NCBI RefSeq assembly: GCF_006345805.1
Contig: NC_042999.1
Location: forward strand, 147,250,001-147,314,000
Source: Octopus sinensis
Lineage: Eukaryota
Reading direction: 5' to 3'
DNA: 64,000 nt
Shown here piece after piece: positions 1 through 12,741 of the stretch. Every line of letters starts with the position of its first letter. The stretch's first letter is position 1. A program made the translations under genes and the position numbers. Under the pieces are notes generated by a model. That model had not been told where the DNA came from. It saw only the letters and a list, made by a program, of their open reading frames with translations, and did no database searches.

Positions 1-1
1 A

Positions 2-328
2 TTGTGTAAACCTCGCTTTTTTCTTATTCTTAATAGCTTTAAACCAGTCTACGACTTCTATACTATTGGACCATTGCACTAGCCTAGTATCGGTCTTAAT
101 TTTCGTATTTATTTTATCTAAAATTTCTTTGCTAATAATCCCTAGTTCTGACTTGGCTGGGTTGATAAGCCTACATTTAGGGTTGGAAGGAAGTTTTCTT
201 TGTGGTCTTTAATAGTAATAAAGGCCTCTTTTGGGGGAGGGTTTCTATTTTTTTATCTAATTTAAGTTTAGCGGCGATGACGCTAGCTTCTTTATTAATT
301 TCGTTATATGTCTGTGCCCTAGCCTTAG
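2..328 (-). pseudogene. Penelope-like element (Naiad-type) reverse transcriptase fragment, frameshifted, runs off window edge
   Basis: Manual translation across two -1 frameshifts gives EAFITIKDHKENF..NPKCRLINPAKSELGIISKEILDKIN..QWSNSIEVVDWFKAIKNKKKARFTQ. This matches the N-terminal RT region of this PLE group. Confidence 0.8.
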
Positions 329-371
329 TATATTATTAATGATGCTGTTGTGTAAGAGTTGTGTGTATCAA

Positions 372-374
372 TAT

Positions 375-418
<44 letters not shown>

Positions 419-571
419 TATATATACATATATATACATACATACGTACGTATATACATGCACATACAGACACGTGTTTTTATAATCAATAAATAAAAAC
501 TGATGTACATCAGTTGTCAATCATCAGTTTTATCTGCATTTTCTGTTTTCCTTAAATACGTGTGCTTGTAC

Positions 572-602
<31 letters not shown>

Positions 603-625
603 AATGTGTGTGTGTATATGTGTGC

Positions 626-659
<34 letters not shown>

Positions 660-695
660 ATGTGTGTGTGTGTGTGCGTGTGTGTGTGTGTGTGG
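372..695. repeat. (TA)n and (TG)n microsatellites
   Basis: Directly visible. Confidence 0.95.
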
Positions 696-1149
696 TTGAA
701 AAATATCGCAATGGCTATAAATATACCATAAACAAGTACAAAAAATTGGAGGGGAAAAGTGTTGAATCAAAATTAGATTTAATAGGAAATTGGATTCAAT
801 ACATACGCAAGTTTCAAAAGACAATACAAATATGTAAGAAAAAAATTATAATCATAGTAACTATAATTAAATTTATGCATTGTCATTCTCATCAGTGTGA
901 GGAATGTTTGGAAGGACATCAAAAAAGGTTTAATAAAATAAGTTAAGATACAATAAGGGAGAATACCGATGGAGAAATAGGGAAAAATCGGATATTTACA
1001 AACAAGTTGTAAAAGGGAAAAATTAACAGTAATAATAATAGTGAGAGAGACGAAAGAGAAAACAAAAGAGAGACATATCAACGTGTATGCAAGTTTATAT
1101 GTGCAGGAAATTCTGATATATAAAAATAAACGGATATGTTTAAAGAAAT

Positions 1150-1300
1150 AATAACAGGCCGAGACGAAGTATAATGTAAACAAGGCCCCGTGTGTCTAGT
1201 AGAATATAACGCAACAGGTACACTAACAGAAAAAAGCCATAGAGAGTTATACGTATACATATTAATATCGGAAAACGAATATATATATATTACAAGAGGC
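1150..1300 (+). pseudogene. Possible decayed GIY-YIG endonuclease fragment of a Penelope-like element
   Basis: CKQGPVCLVEYNATGTLTEKSHRELYVYILISENEY weakly resembles the C..C-L...VVY.ATV...YIG.TE.EF pattern. Confidence 0.3.
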
Positions 1301-1599
1301 TTAAGGTGATAAGCAAGAAAATGTTTGAAAAAGATACAATATTTAAGTAAAAAATGTACATTAAAGCAGAGAAAAGAAAAACAAAGAGAACTTAATAAAG
1401 AAAAAGCATAGATCACCGACAGGATGGATCGGTGTAATCAAGACAGTTACGTTTCTGAAAAACTAGCCCGGGGTACGGGAGACAATAAGAGAAATATAGG
1501 AACAAAAACGAATATAGGAAGGAGAAAATTATTATAAACTTACAAATGATAGAAAAAACTTATACACTTAACATATAAGTAAACATATAAGTATATACA

Positions 1600-1987
1600 G
1601 TCATACATATATACATACATATACTCATACACAACACATACACACACAAACGTGCATGCACTCACACATACACATACATAGGTGCAAGTCTAAGGGAAGA
1701 TACAAGTAAAATAAAGTAGTACGTATACACACACACACATATATATATATATATACACACATACATATACATATACATATGCATATATATACACCCATAC
1801 ATATATGCATACACATACATACACATATATAAACCGTACGCGCTCACAAATATACGTACATACAAATATATAAATATATATATACACGCACAGATATACA
1901 TTCAAAAACACACACACACACACAGACACACACACACACACTCATACACACACACACACATACACATATATATATATATATATATAC

Positions 1988-2037
<50 letters not shown>

Positions 2038-2060
2038 ATATACAGATATACACAGATATA
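1600..2060. repeat. Compound (CA)/(TA)/(TACA) microsatellite
   Basis: Directly visible. Confidence 0.95.
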
Positions 2061-2079
2061 TGCACTATATGCATGTCTG

Positions 2080-2615
2080 TTAATGTATCCATACGCAAAA
2101 ATATGCGGTTTTTAACCTATAAATTCAGATACACCTATCTCGGCTCAAACAATACTTTATTTATCAACATAAGCACCATCAGAATCAACACACTTTTGCC
2201 AACGCGAAACAAGTTTAGTTATGCCAGTAGCGTAATAATCCTGCGTTCTGGTGGCGATGAAGTCGTTGAAGACGTGTTTGGCATCGTCTTGGTTTTTGAA
2301 ACATTTCTTACGCAGGAATTTGTCGAGTTGCTTGGAAAAGTGGTAGTCGGTAGGCGAGAAGTCTGGTGAGTATGGAGGATGAGGCCGAGTTCCGTCGCCC
2401 AATTCGTTCAACTTCTGCTGGCTCAGTTGTGTGACGTGCGGCCAAGCGTTGTCGTGGGGAAAAAATTGGTCCTTTTCTATGGACCAATGCTGGCTGTTGT
2501 CGGAGTTTCTTATGCATTTCATCCATTTGCTGACAGTAATAGTTTCGCCTGGATCCAAAAAGCTGTGATGGATGAGACCGGTCGCAGTTCACCTAACAGT
2601 CACCATGACCCGAAA
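2080..2615 (-). mobile_element. Mariner transposon relic: 3' half of transposase plus TIR-like end
   Basis: ORF 2157..2558 has HDNAWPH, HPPYSPDFSPTDYH and KLVSRWQKCVDSDGAY (mariner DD34D C-terminus). A TIR-like TTAATGTATCCATACGCAAAAATATGCGGTTTT lies at about 2080-2112. Confidence 0.9.
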
Positions 2616-3475
2616 CCACGTCCCTTTGTTAAAGTGACTGTGTTACATTTACACCATCGAATTAGGATCATCCCATAAATATTCTTTTATCTTTGAAAAT
2701 TAGGATAAATTTCTTTTTCATTACAAAATATATTTTCCTTCATTTTCTACAATGCTTTTAGCATTTACTGCTACGTTAATGGAAAGTATGTTAGGTCAGT
2801 GGCAACCTTATGGCATTTCAACTATGATTTTTGAAAACTATGTGAGGTGGTAGTGTTTGTAAATGTACAAGCCAAAAGACACTTATCACATTGTTAATTA
2901 TTTTAAACCTGAAGTGTCAACAAATATATGGTTAAATATTAGGAATTCACATAACTGCAAAACAATAGAAATTGTTAGAAATAATATTTGGGGATAATAA
3001 ATTAATATAATATTAACAGATAAAGTAACAATAAGACGAAGAGAACAGATAATCCTAAATTATAGGTTAGGTATCTTTACTACAACTACAATAGCAATAC
3101 TAAGATATAATCTTGAAATAGGTAGGGTGGTAGAGTGAGTTACACAAGTCTTAAGTCAAGACGATAAACCCAAACAAAAGTCGACTAAAACCAAGGAAGA
3201 AGAGAAGTCAGAGAAAAACTATTATAAGAAAAATGAAGCTATAAACGGTAAAATAGTGGTTAAATGAAAAAATAAACAAATAAATAAATAAAAAGGATAT
3301 CGTTTTATCATCAAATAAAGAGAGAAAAGAAGAAATTTACAATTCAAGCAATTAAGAGAATTGTCTATTAACTTTAAAGTTAAATACCCATTATCTCTAA
3401 GCTTTTAGACTGGGGAGGTATGTGGGTGTTATGATATCCATTTGTTCAATCGATTAGTGGATATATAAATATAAT

Positions 3476-3615
3476 GCGACGAACTGGTAGATTCGTCTGC
3501 ACGCCGGGCGAAATACATAACGGCACATCGTCCGACATTACGTTCTGAGTTCAAAATCCGACGAGCTTGACTTTGTTTGTCATAGTTACGACAAAGATAA
3601 AATACCAGTTGAGCC
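3476..3615 (+). mobile_element. SINE family B (GGCGAGCTGGCAGAA..), degenerate
   Basis: Similar to the better copies at 37997 and 60119. Confidence 0.7.
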
Positions 3616-3758
3616 AACTTTGAAACTTTGAAATCAAAATGTATATAAATCTATACTAAATATTTAAATATCCAAATCATATGAAGACAAAAAAAATTCT
3701 TTAACAAATCTTCAATGATTCGTTACAATTGTTTTTGTACCAACTCTATTTGTGACGC

Positions 3759-3798
<40 letters not shown>

Positions 3799-3846
3799 GT
3801 GTGTTTGCATGTATTTAAATATAAAAACATATATGTATATATGTAT

Positions 3847-3880
<34 letters not shown>

Positions 3881-3894
3881 AAGTTAATCCAAAC

Positions 3895-4140
3895 ATGAAA
3901 ACACAAAGAGAAAACACAACAACGCGAGGATGTGGAACAAATATAGTATTATTGGACGCTCAGGAAGGAAGGGAAGAAGGAGGGCTTAACGTTTTGAGCG
4001 GAGCTCTTCGTCGGAAACATAGGAGAAGGAAAGATCCAGAGAAGGGAAGACAGAGGAAAAAACTCGCCAATGGTACACACTGGTAAAAACGGTAAGATAA
4101 CGAAAGAAAGAAACAGACCTCAATATTATGTAAATAGAGG
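3895..4140 (-). mobile_element. Penelope pseudo-LTR-like repeat with a decayed HHR core at 3988-4014
   Basis: Minus strand reads CCGACGA-A-GAGC-TCC-GCTC-AAAAC-GTT. Homologous to 32170-32291. Confidence 0.6.
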
Positions 4141-4149
4141 AAATTTATC

Positions 4150-4344
4150 TGTAAAATAACTTGTGACAATTATTTGGTAGCCAAGATAAAACTCTGAGTT
4201 TCGGAAGCCGAGGTGGAAATCCACACCACCATCTCTTCGGTTATTAGATGACCAGATGACCGAAGAGATCGTGGTGTGGATTTCCGCCTCGGCATCCGAA
4301 ACTCAGAGTTTTATCTTGGCTACCGAATAATTGTCAAATATTAT

Positions 4345-4350
<6 letters not shown>
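4150..4350. repeat. About 90-bp-arm near-perfect inverted repeat; each arm carries an HHR-like motif
   Basis: Arms 4150-4241 and about 4259-4350 are reverse complements with few mismatches, separated by a 17-nt loop. Confidence 0.9.
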
Positions 4351-4381
<31 letters not shown>

Positions 4382-4736
4382 TATATATATCATGTGTGTG
4401 TGTTATTTTTATCATATTACAATATATGTAAATTACTACAAACGAATTGATAATGCATTAATCGCTTTGTGTATTCCTTTGTCCTTTGTCTATTTTATAC
4501 AACTTCTAAAAGTCCTTGGATACACACTGGAAATATGCAACTGCTTTGTCTAACTTCGCAATCGCACGATGGTGACTACATGCATATATACGAGAATGTA
4601 CAGAAAAGTTCCTGGCTTTGAGTAAAAGAAAATCCAAGAGAATCAGTTAATTATGATTTTATTCAACATACTCCCCTCTCAGACTCATGCACTTATCGCA
4701 GCAGTCCTTCGGAAGGATATATATATATATATATAT

Positions 4737-5018
4737 CGTGATCCCATGACCGACCAGACCATCAGATGTTGCTGCACATCGCTGGTCACAATGCGTTCGC
4801 ATTGTTTTTAGCCTTCGAATGAGCAGACCAACAGAAGAAAGAGTGAGAGAAAGGGTGGTGAAAGAGTACAGCAGGGATCACCACCACCTGCCGGAGTTTC
4901 GTGAAGCTTTTTAGGTGTTTTTGCTCAATAAACACACACAACGCCCTGTCTGGGAATCGAGACCGCGATCCTACGACCGCGAGTCAGCTGCCTTAGCCAC
5001 TGGGCCATTTGCGCCTCC
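4737..5018 (-). mobile_element. tRNA-derived SINE family C
   Basis: Head GGAGGCGCAAATGGCCCAGTGGCTAAGG (A box) ... GGTCTCGATTCCC (B box). A second copy lies at 41899. Confidence 0.85.
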
Positions 5019-5183
5019 ACACACACACACTCACACACACATATATATTTTGTGTGCGTGTGTGTGTGTGTGCGTGTGTGTGTGTGCGTGTGTGTGTGTG
5101 TGCATGTTTGTGTATGTCTGTGTATGTACGTTCGTGTGCGTGTTTGTGCCTGAGCGCGTACGTATGCATGTACAGATAGATAA

Positions 5184-5218
<35 letters not shown>

Positions 5219-5222
5219 CACA
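5019..5222. repeat. (CA)/(TG)/(GATA) microsatellites
   Basis: Directly visible. Confidence 0.95.
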
Positions 5223-5809
5223 TATGGATACTCGCGAATACATGTTGCAGCTTATGTAGAATTTGTGCATTATTTTATGTGAATATCTGTGAATTACTTT
5301 ATGATATTTTTAGATGAATCTGGGATCTATCCTGAACGCAGGAGTTGATTTTACGAGAAGAATGAAAGTAAATAGAAAAAGCGACAAACTCTCAACTATG
5401 CATAAAAGCTGCTCCAATAAAATAAAAAAAAAACAAAGAAATGTTTTGCAACAGAAAATATACAGAACGATAAGTTTATATTGGATACAAAATTTACAAT
5501 AGAAAATAGGATAATTCTATGGAACATAAAAATAATATATAAAAGATGAAAATAATGTTAAAATAAAAAGGAAATAACAGCATCAAAAATACATTTGGCA
5601 TTAAGATCCATTCCAGAAAGTTCACAAGGAATTGTTCTGTAAAGAAAAGAAACGACACTTATTGAAACACCTACTTCAAATACGATTCTTGCGGAGATAA
5701 AGTATTCCTATGCAGAAGTGCTAGATTTAAATTATGTTTGTTTTCTGGAATTTATATTAATGTAGAGATAATAAAGATACAGATATATCTGATATTGTTT
5801 TGCTATACA

Positions 5810-5848
5810 TACATACATGCATGCATACATTCATAATCACACGCACGA

Positions 5849-5883
<35 letters not shown>

Positions 5884-5974
5884 CATATATATATATATAC
5901 ATATATACATACACGTCTCCCTACATATTTATCAATATTCCCAGAAACATACGTATGCATAGGTATCTCTCTCG

Positions 5975-6018
<44 letters not shown>

Positions 6019-6061
6019 CTCTCTCGCTCTCTCTCTCTCTATATATATATATGTATGTATG

Positions 6062-6099
<38 letters not shown>

Positions 6100-6180
6100 T
6101 GTATATATATATATATATACATATATATGCATGTATATAAATATATATATATATATATATACATGCATATATATATACAC
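5810..6180. repeat. (CA)/(CT)/(TA) compound microsatellite
   Basis: Directly visible. Confidence 0.95.
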
Positions 6181-6570
6181 GCACCCGCCCACAAGCAAAT
6201 TTGCAGATTCTCTAACGCAACGGACAGGAGGCTACGCAGTATTGCTTCCGATCCTCTGTGCTTCCGAATCTATGTGAATGCAATTCTTGCTGCATTCCGA
6301 TTTCGTTTTTATCCTTTCGGATTCGATAATAATGTATGAAAGCAAGATAATAGATTCGTAAACCGCACGTTTGCCTTGTGGTGTTTGCTCCATCCGTCTG
6401 CTGTTGAGTTCAAATCTACATAGATTCAACCAGTTCTTTTCTTAAATGCCATTATCTATTTTAGAGACACTATAGCAGAGATTATTCTTCTGCAATTATG
6501 CAAGCTAGTTTTCAGGTTTGAAAATAACTTGCTTACTTTCTCGCACTAGTTACACAAACGCTGACCTGTG

Positions 6571-6875
6571 GAGTAAGTTACTGGGATCTTTTCGCTTTGA
6601 CCGGCAGATTTTTAAAATAATTTCTTTGTAACTAAACACTTGTTGTTGACAAAGATCCGGAGATATTGTATTCACCTCAATAGACTTCATTTATTGGTTG
6701 AAATTGCCGAAATGCAAGAAATTAAACAACAAATATCTTACAAACTACAGAATTCCTTCAAGAAAGCCAAGAGAAAAAGATGTTTTATAAACACATTCTA
6801 CGAAGTTTAAAAGTGTTTAGTTACAAAGAAATTATTAAAAACATCTGCCGGTCAAAGCGAAAGATCCAGTTACTG
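6571..6875. mobile_element. MITE, about 305 bp, with about 65-bp TIRs
   Basis: GATCTTTTCGCTTTGACCGGCAGAT..TTTCTTTGTAACTAAACACTT (about 6571-6641) is mirrored at 6811-6875. Confidence 0.8.
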
Positions 6876-7654
6876 AGTGTTTAAATAAGTCTAAGGAACT
6901 AAACCTCTGCAGAAACTAAATGCGCAAACCTAAATGCAGATATCTACGACTATATCTAACCAAAATCTAGCAACACCTGCATTTCCATGGGACCTGCTAA
7001 ATTATTGATTATATTTCTTTTGTTGCTTATCTGTGAGTGAAGAGGTGATTAGTGTATTTGCTGCTAGGCACCGGCTTCTAGAGATAGCAACAACACAGAG
7101 ATGTAATGGAGCTGCTGTCTCTGCAATATCGATGACCAACTACGAAAAAAGGAAAACCTGTATAAAATGCTTGCAATGCATTTTCGATTCCTTTAGGAAG
7201 TGCACCGCCATTATGCGCATAATTAGTGTATTGAGAATAGATGGTTGCAGTTAGTATCTATAATTCGATATTTTGACATAGTGGTCGAACAGAACTGAAT
7301 TTGCTTGACCTTAGGTACCAAAATATGTGCACTGGCACACCGCAGAAACTATAAATGGTGATCTTACCAGGAAATTTATGTATTGATATTTTAGGCAAAG
7401 TATATGGAAAAGATTAAGCTCAATAGATGAGATTTGTACACTGTCCAAGTTACCGCACAGAGCAAATAGTTACGCAAGATGATATTGGCGTCAATTTAAA
7501 ATTCGAGCTATCTTATCTTCAACGAATCTATGTCGTAGTTTCCGAAAGCTACACTCGCGTTGCATGAGAGCACGTTGGCAATAATATAGGCAAATGACAA
7601 TACTGTACTCCTAGAATATTCTGAATTATCCCAACTTATATCTCCTTAATCACA

Positions 7655-7760
7655 TTTAGGTAAAGTTAATTTCGGCAGAATTTGATCTCAGGACGTAAAG
7701 AAGAACAATATACCCCAAAGCATTTTGCCTGGTCTGCTAACGATTCTAACATCTCACCGG
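7655..7760 (-). mobile_element. SINE family B, degenerate
   Basis: Reverse complement reads GGTGAGATGTTAGAATCGTTAGCAGACCAGGCAAAATGC..CTGAGATCAAATTCTGCCGA. Confidence 0.6.
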
Positions 7761-9959
7761 CTCTTTTTTATATATATGATTGTCTCCTATCAAGTGTAAA
7801 AATGAACCTTCGTTGTCTTTCAGTGACTTGTGTTCCAATACTATTGCACAAAGGTGATTGATTTATATCCAAGACAAATGTTCGTCGAAACGCTTTGACA
7901 TTGCATTGCAGACAATGCAAAATCAGTAAGAAATGCCGTTTAATAGCATTAGTATTTATAACAATGATATTTCGGCCTACGATTAAGTAAGTTAAATAAG
8001 CCTAAATATTTGATTCTGATAGTGTATTTCCTACAATTGTTGCATTTGTAGGAAATGTAAACGAGCAAAGCATTGCGGCAGTCTTGCTTCTTACACTTTT
8101 GCCTCTTTACTTAACCTGTTTCTCCCACTCAAATTTCCTGAATTAATATCCTATCGCGGCCTTTTCTGGCTTTGTCCTTCATCTCCTGCTGATCAATGAA
8201 ATGTCATTGAAATATTCGATGAAATGTCCTGTAGTTAATCAATATTGACCCATCATGCTTGGCGTTTTGTAGGTAGATGTATGATCACTTCTCCAATAAC
8301 GATGTCAAGCAATTCGAACGTAGTACTGTTAGTCGATGAATGAAACACACGCCACTCAGTCAATATCAAAGGTCTTCGGATGTTCTAATTTGCTTCATCA
8401 TTGCATCCATTTTATAACATGGTGGATTGAACTTGCTTAGAGGTGAAGCCCACTGATTTCCATGGAAGAAAACATGGTTGACAGAATAAGAAAATATTGC
8501 TTCTGCAACTCACAAGCCAATACACAGGCGTACACCCGCAAACTCATGTCCTCCCTTTCTTTTTTTCTTTTTCTTACACTCTCCATAGCCATTGTCATAC
8601 CGAGACCAATTGAATCTAATGTAGCTTCACCTCCAACGAAAAGGCATTATTCCAAAATAAAAGAAATATAATTAACGTTTATTATTCTCTTCAAAATGAG
8701 CAGTCAATAAATTCAATGCGAAAGTAATGCAAGATTGAACTGGAATGATTTCTTATCCAATGAATCTTAATCACTATATCGAATATTAAGTGGGTCAACA
8801 GAAATATGATCGGTTCACTTCGATCTCCCGCTAACTGCCTCATTGATAAAAGAGAATTTTATTTGTGATCGAATACTGTGCAAGTTGAGTAAAACAGCTT
8901 AAGTGAAATGTGGAAGATATTTTGGTGGTTAACATTTATAATGGCAATAAAGGAAGAAAAATGTTTGCGAATATTATTCTTTTGTATAATATTCTGAGTT
9001 ATGGAACCCTCGTTTCAAACTTGATACACGAAACAAAAGCGAAGTGTTCAAGCAATAGCCATACAAATAATGAGTTATGGGATTCACAGTAATATTAGAG
9101 ATAAAGAGTTTTCATAAATAACTTGTAAGATTTTGGCATCTATATGAATACATGTAAATAAATTGATGTATATGTTTAAATGTGTCAGTAGATGGATATT
9201 ACATGGAAAGCATCACCTTTAAGCTTTCGTCAAAATTCAAACGGGGATATTTTTGGAATATTCCCCACTAATGTCATATTCGTAGTGAATAACAAATGAG
9301 TCGAAAATCAACGTTTACATTCTTTAGGTGACAAATAGTTTCAATATAAATTTTTCATCTTCGATTTCTTTCATGATTAATTGCCTATTTCTTATAAATA
9401 TTGATTGTTCAGTAATTCTTTATCATTTATTACTTCAATTTATTTCTTTCATGTGAAGCTTCGGGGTGAAAGTTTCCAATATTCAGGTCGAAATGTCGAA
9501 TTCCCGTCTTCTGTCTTTGTCAAATGGAAATAATAGAATTGCCATTGAAGCACACTAACCCGAAACATCGCCTTTGCATGAATATTCATAAAACATCAAA
9601 GCTGTCTGCGAGCAGATCTAAACTAAAAGGTGAAGAAAATGGCTGAATGCTGACCATTGATTAAAAAAAGTAATGATAAATGATTTAGTATTTCCCCTTA
9701 TATATCGTTAACCAGCTCGGTGAATAAATCATTAACTATATTTCTTTGATAGAAGAAATATTTCATAATTCAACAAACATTGCTTTTAATAAACTTTTGT
9801 TCGTGATCTGTAGTGATGGCTGTTGTGTTAGTTTAGAATTTATTATAATGTTAAATTTATGTTTCGTTTCCACGTAATATAACAACGACTCATTTATTTT
9901 GTATTATAAGAGATTGACAGAGCAGGTTTCATTATAAAAATGCAAATGACATTGACGTG

Positions 9960-10880
9960 AAACTCAAAAGATTTATGTCCAAAATGCGAGCCTTATCACT
10001 TAAGTTTGTCCCAGACAAAAAAAACAATACACGCGAAAACATTATACCTCGACATAGCGGAATCATATTTAGACAAAAAATAAAGGTCTCACATCACTTA
10101 AATAAGAACTTAATGACAACTAGAAGTCCAACCATAAAAAAGACAATTTTATAAATGAAAAATACAACCCAGCTGCTTCCCGGAAAATAGAAAAGGAAGC
10201 CAGGCAGTTGCAAAAATAAAACCGAAACCTAAGGCCGTTTACAAATTTGCAAGAGAATCTGCTTCTGTACGCTACAAGGTAGGGCACTGTTTCAAAAACG
10301 ATGTTGACCCCATGAAGTTAAGCGAACTTTTCAGTAAACATTTCTAAAATGTTTTCACTTCTCCACTTAGAAGTATACAAATAAGCAAGCCAGCTGAGTT
10401 CTTCAACTTCGCAAATCTACACAGGGAAGAGACAGCCCTCGATTACATCGGTATAAAAGAAAATGTAATATTGGCCATTTGAGTTTAATTCATACTCAGC
10501 GGCGTGCCTAGCGGTTTTCCAGCTGTTCTTTTATAAATATGCAAAACAGCTCTTATAAACGACTGCAGAAACTTTACCACAGTGGCCTAGGCTTCGACAA
10601 CAACTATCATAGTTGACATATCGCAATTTGCGTGATCGTTGTATCGTCAGAGAAGAAGTGGAATGGTGCATAACTTTTTGTTTTTGGAAGATATATAAGA
10701 TATGCCAAGTAGTCGCATCCAGCTAATGTTGGTGGTGGCTTTCTCAGATATACGTTCAGTCATTCAGAGAGTCGGTCTCAATGGGTATGCAGATAATACA
10801 AAGGTATCTCAATCAGTCAAGGACCTGGAAATGAGCTGAAGTAGGCAACATACAATTCAATGATGTGACGTTTCAAGTAT
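9960..10880 (+). pseudogene. Old CR1-group LINE ORF2 relic, internally deleted
   Basis: KFVPDKK..IPR, EKEARAVAKIK..YKFARE..VRYKVG, SGFPAVL and GYADNTKVSQ are colinear with the 28.4-31.1 kb LINE. Confidence 0.75.
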
Positions 10881-11059
10881 TCTTATGTACATCCACGAGC
10901 AGATGGCAGTCAGAATTACAAAGGACCAGGGTGCATTTTGTGTCTGCATCACTACATGTCTTGGGAATATTCATGAGTGATGCTATTCGTTCCTTTTTCG
11001 AGGGACAAACACGGCGCCTAATAATTAACGTATCATGAAAGAAAGGGAAAAGGACGGCA

Positions 11060-11400
11060 GATATAGTGACCTGAAATTTGAGATCTTTTAAGATGTGGTA
11101 GTTGCAAGGATCAAATATAAAATTTGTTCCTGTTGTCATTGGAGCACTGAGTGCAATGTCTCCCAACCTGAAGACACATCTGGGCACTTGAGAAATACCC
11201 TCCAATCTCGGTGTATTGCAAAAAGTAGGATTTACTTGGAACTGTATGCATACTTCATAAAGTACGGTTCACCTGAAGTCCTTGTTGTGACTTGGCAGAA
11301 AGTACAATCCCCCGGTAAATACAATATCTTCAATCAACATCACAATATTGAATACTATGCGACATCTTAAACAACAACAACAATAATAATTATAATAAGA
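11060..11400 (+). pseudogene. R4/Dong-like RLE LINE 3' end with (CAA/TAA)n tail
   Basis: YSDLKFEIFKMW..IKFVPVVIGAL..LQK, followed by ACAACAACAACAATAATAAT. Confidence 0.7.
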
Positions 11401-11480
11401 CAGTTACTGTCAGGAGGAACTGTATACATTTCCCGATTGTGGGATTTTCCAGTTCTAACAAATAAAAAGTTAGATATAAT

Positions 11481-11800
11481 AACAAGAGCACTCAGAGAGC
11501 GCAAAACGCAGCCAAGGCAACACCAACGTCCTCTCAATGATTAGCCAGTGATTAATTTAAAAATGAATATATATTAAATAAACTCGACTGCTCTCACAAA
11601 AATAAGCCCGACCGTTCTCAAAAATCAAGTAAAAAACAACAGGGAAAATAATCCAGAATCCTTGTCCGGTACCTTATCAGTTCGTGCCAGTCACAAGGCT
11701 AAACATCTCTGAACGTTTCATCCGAATCCATCCTGCGGTTCTTGAGGCATCTTGTCCACGGACAAACAAACAAACACGGCTGCACATTGATCTGCTGCAT
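11481..11800 (+). mobile_element. Interspersed repeat starting AACAAGAGCACTCAGAGAGCG, possibly Helentron-associated (DINE-1-like)
   Basis: The first 55 bp recur inverted at 40457-40509. There is an internal GGACAAACAAACAAAC run. The class assignment is inference. Confidence 0.5.
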
Positions 11801-11959
11801 ATTGTTGCATCAGACGTATACTTTTTATTATGCCATTGAACCTGTCCTTTCTTATCTGAAGCCGATAAGAATAAAAGTCACATTCGGTGATGTTTTGCTT
11901 CGGTCATTGTCTTTCAAGAGCACATTCTAGCTATCTTTGCCATAGCGAAACAGAAGTAC

Positions 11960-12330
11960 ATAATGCAACAATATGCAGTAGATCCGCCAAGGCGGAGGTA
12001 ATAAACAAAGAAACACAAATAGGATTACTAATCCTTCATATCTGTATGATTCCAGGATTCTGAAGAAAGATGAAAAATTAAAATATAACTTACAATCCTT
12101 TAAAATGGCAAGTATTTGGAATATGCGAGGGTAAAGGTTGTACCTGCAATAATTCATGTAGTAGGGGCTATGAGTAAATATATAGACAGATGGTTAAAGG
12201 CAAGTGGAATATGATGTCCTGCAGACCTTTTACAGAAAATTTACTTATTACAGCAGAACAGGAAAAAACCAACAGAAGGCTTTTGAGCACTTGAAGGCTT
12301 CTAGGATTCATGTTGATATCCAGGGTTACA
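11960..12330 (+). pseudogene. Second R4/Dong-like LINE 3' fragment, very degenerate
   Basis: VINKETQIGLL..DSRILKK..KY..IWNMRG.KVVPAII..GAMSKYIDRWLK..LLQKI. Confidence 0.55.
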
Positions 12331-12741
12331 GGGTTACCCACTACCTACATACAAGAAATAAACATTTGTGAGTTAAGTAAAAAAGATAATAGTAATGATG
12401 AGGAGGAGGACGACGACGTAAACGACTACGGTCATGACGATGATCATAATCGGGATAATTATTGCAAAGCTGATGAATTTGTTATAATTGTAGCGTGATA
12501 ATATATTTCTTTTACTACGCAATTCCCCAAGAGAGGACATATGATATACTTAGTACACTAGCAATTCAGATTAGCCAAGTTGATAATTAACTGACTATTA
12601 GTAATTTGGCAAACGTGGTATACCAAATTGTACGTTATAGTTGCATGAGTGTATGTGCGTTTTTGCGTATACACATATACACAGGTACTGAAATATATAT
12701 GTTTGTGCATGAGCGCGCGCGTGTGTGTATTGGTATCTATA

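Noticed and set aside
325-946. ORFs rich in YI/CV/TH dipeptides, here and at 1625-1941, 5757-6339, 17553-18085, 20920-21262, 26432-26705, 37002-37494 and similar sites
   Set aside because: They are translations of stop-free (TA)n, (TG)n and (TACA)n microsatellites.
4950-5018. tRNA gene
   Set aside because: The A/B boxes continue into a repeated SINE body and no full acceptor stem is present.
8050-8420. Possible RTE-type RT relic on the minus strand
   Set aside because: Only vague motifs (YFNDISLIS); too degenerate to support.
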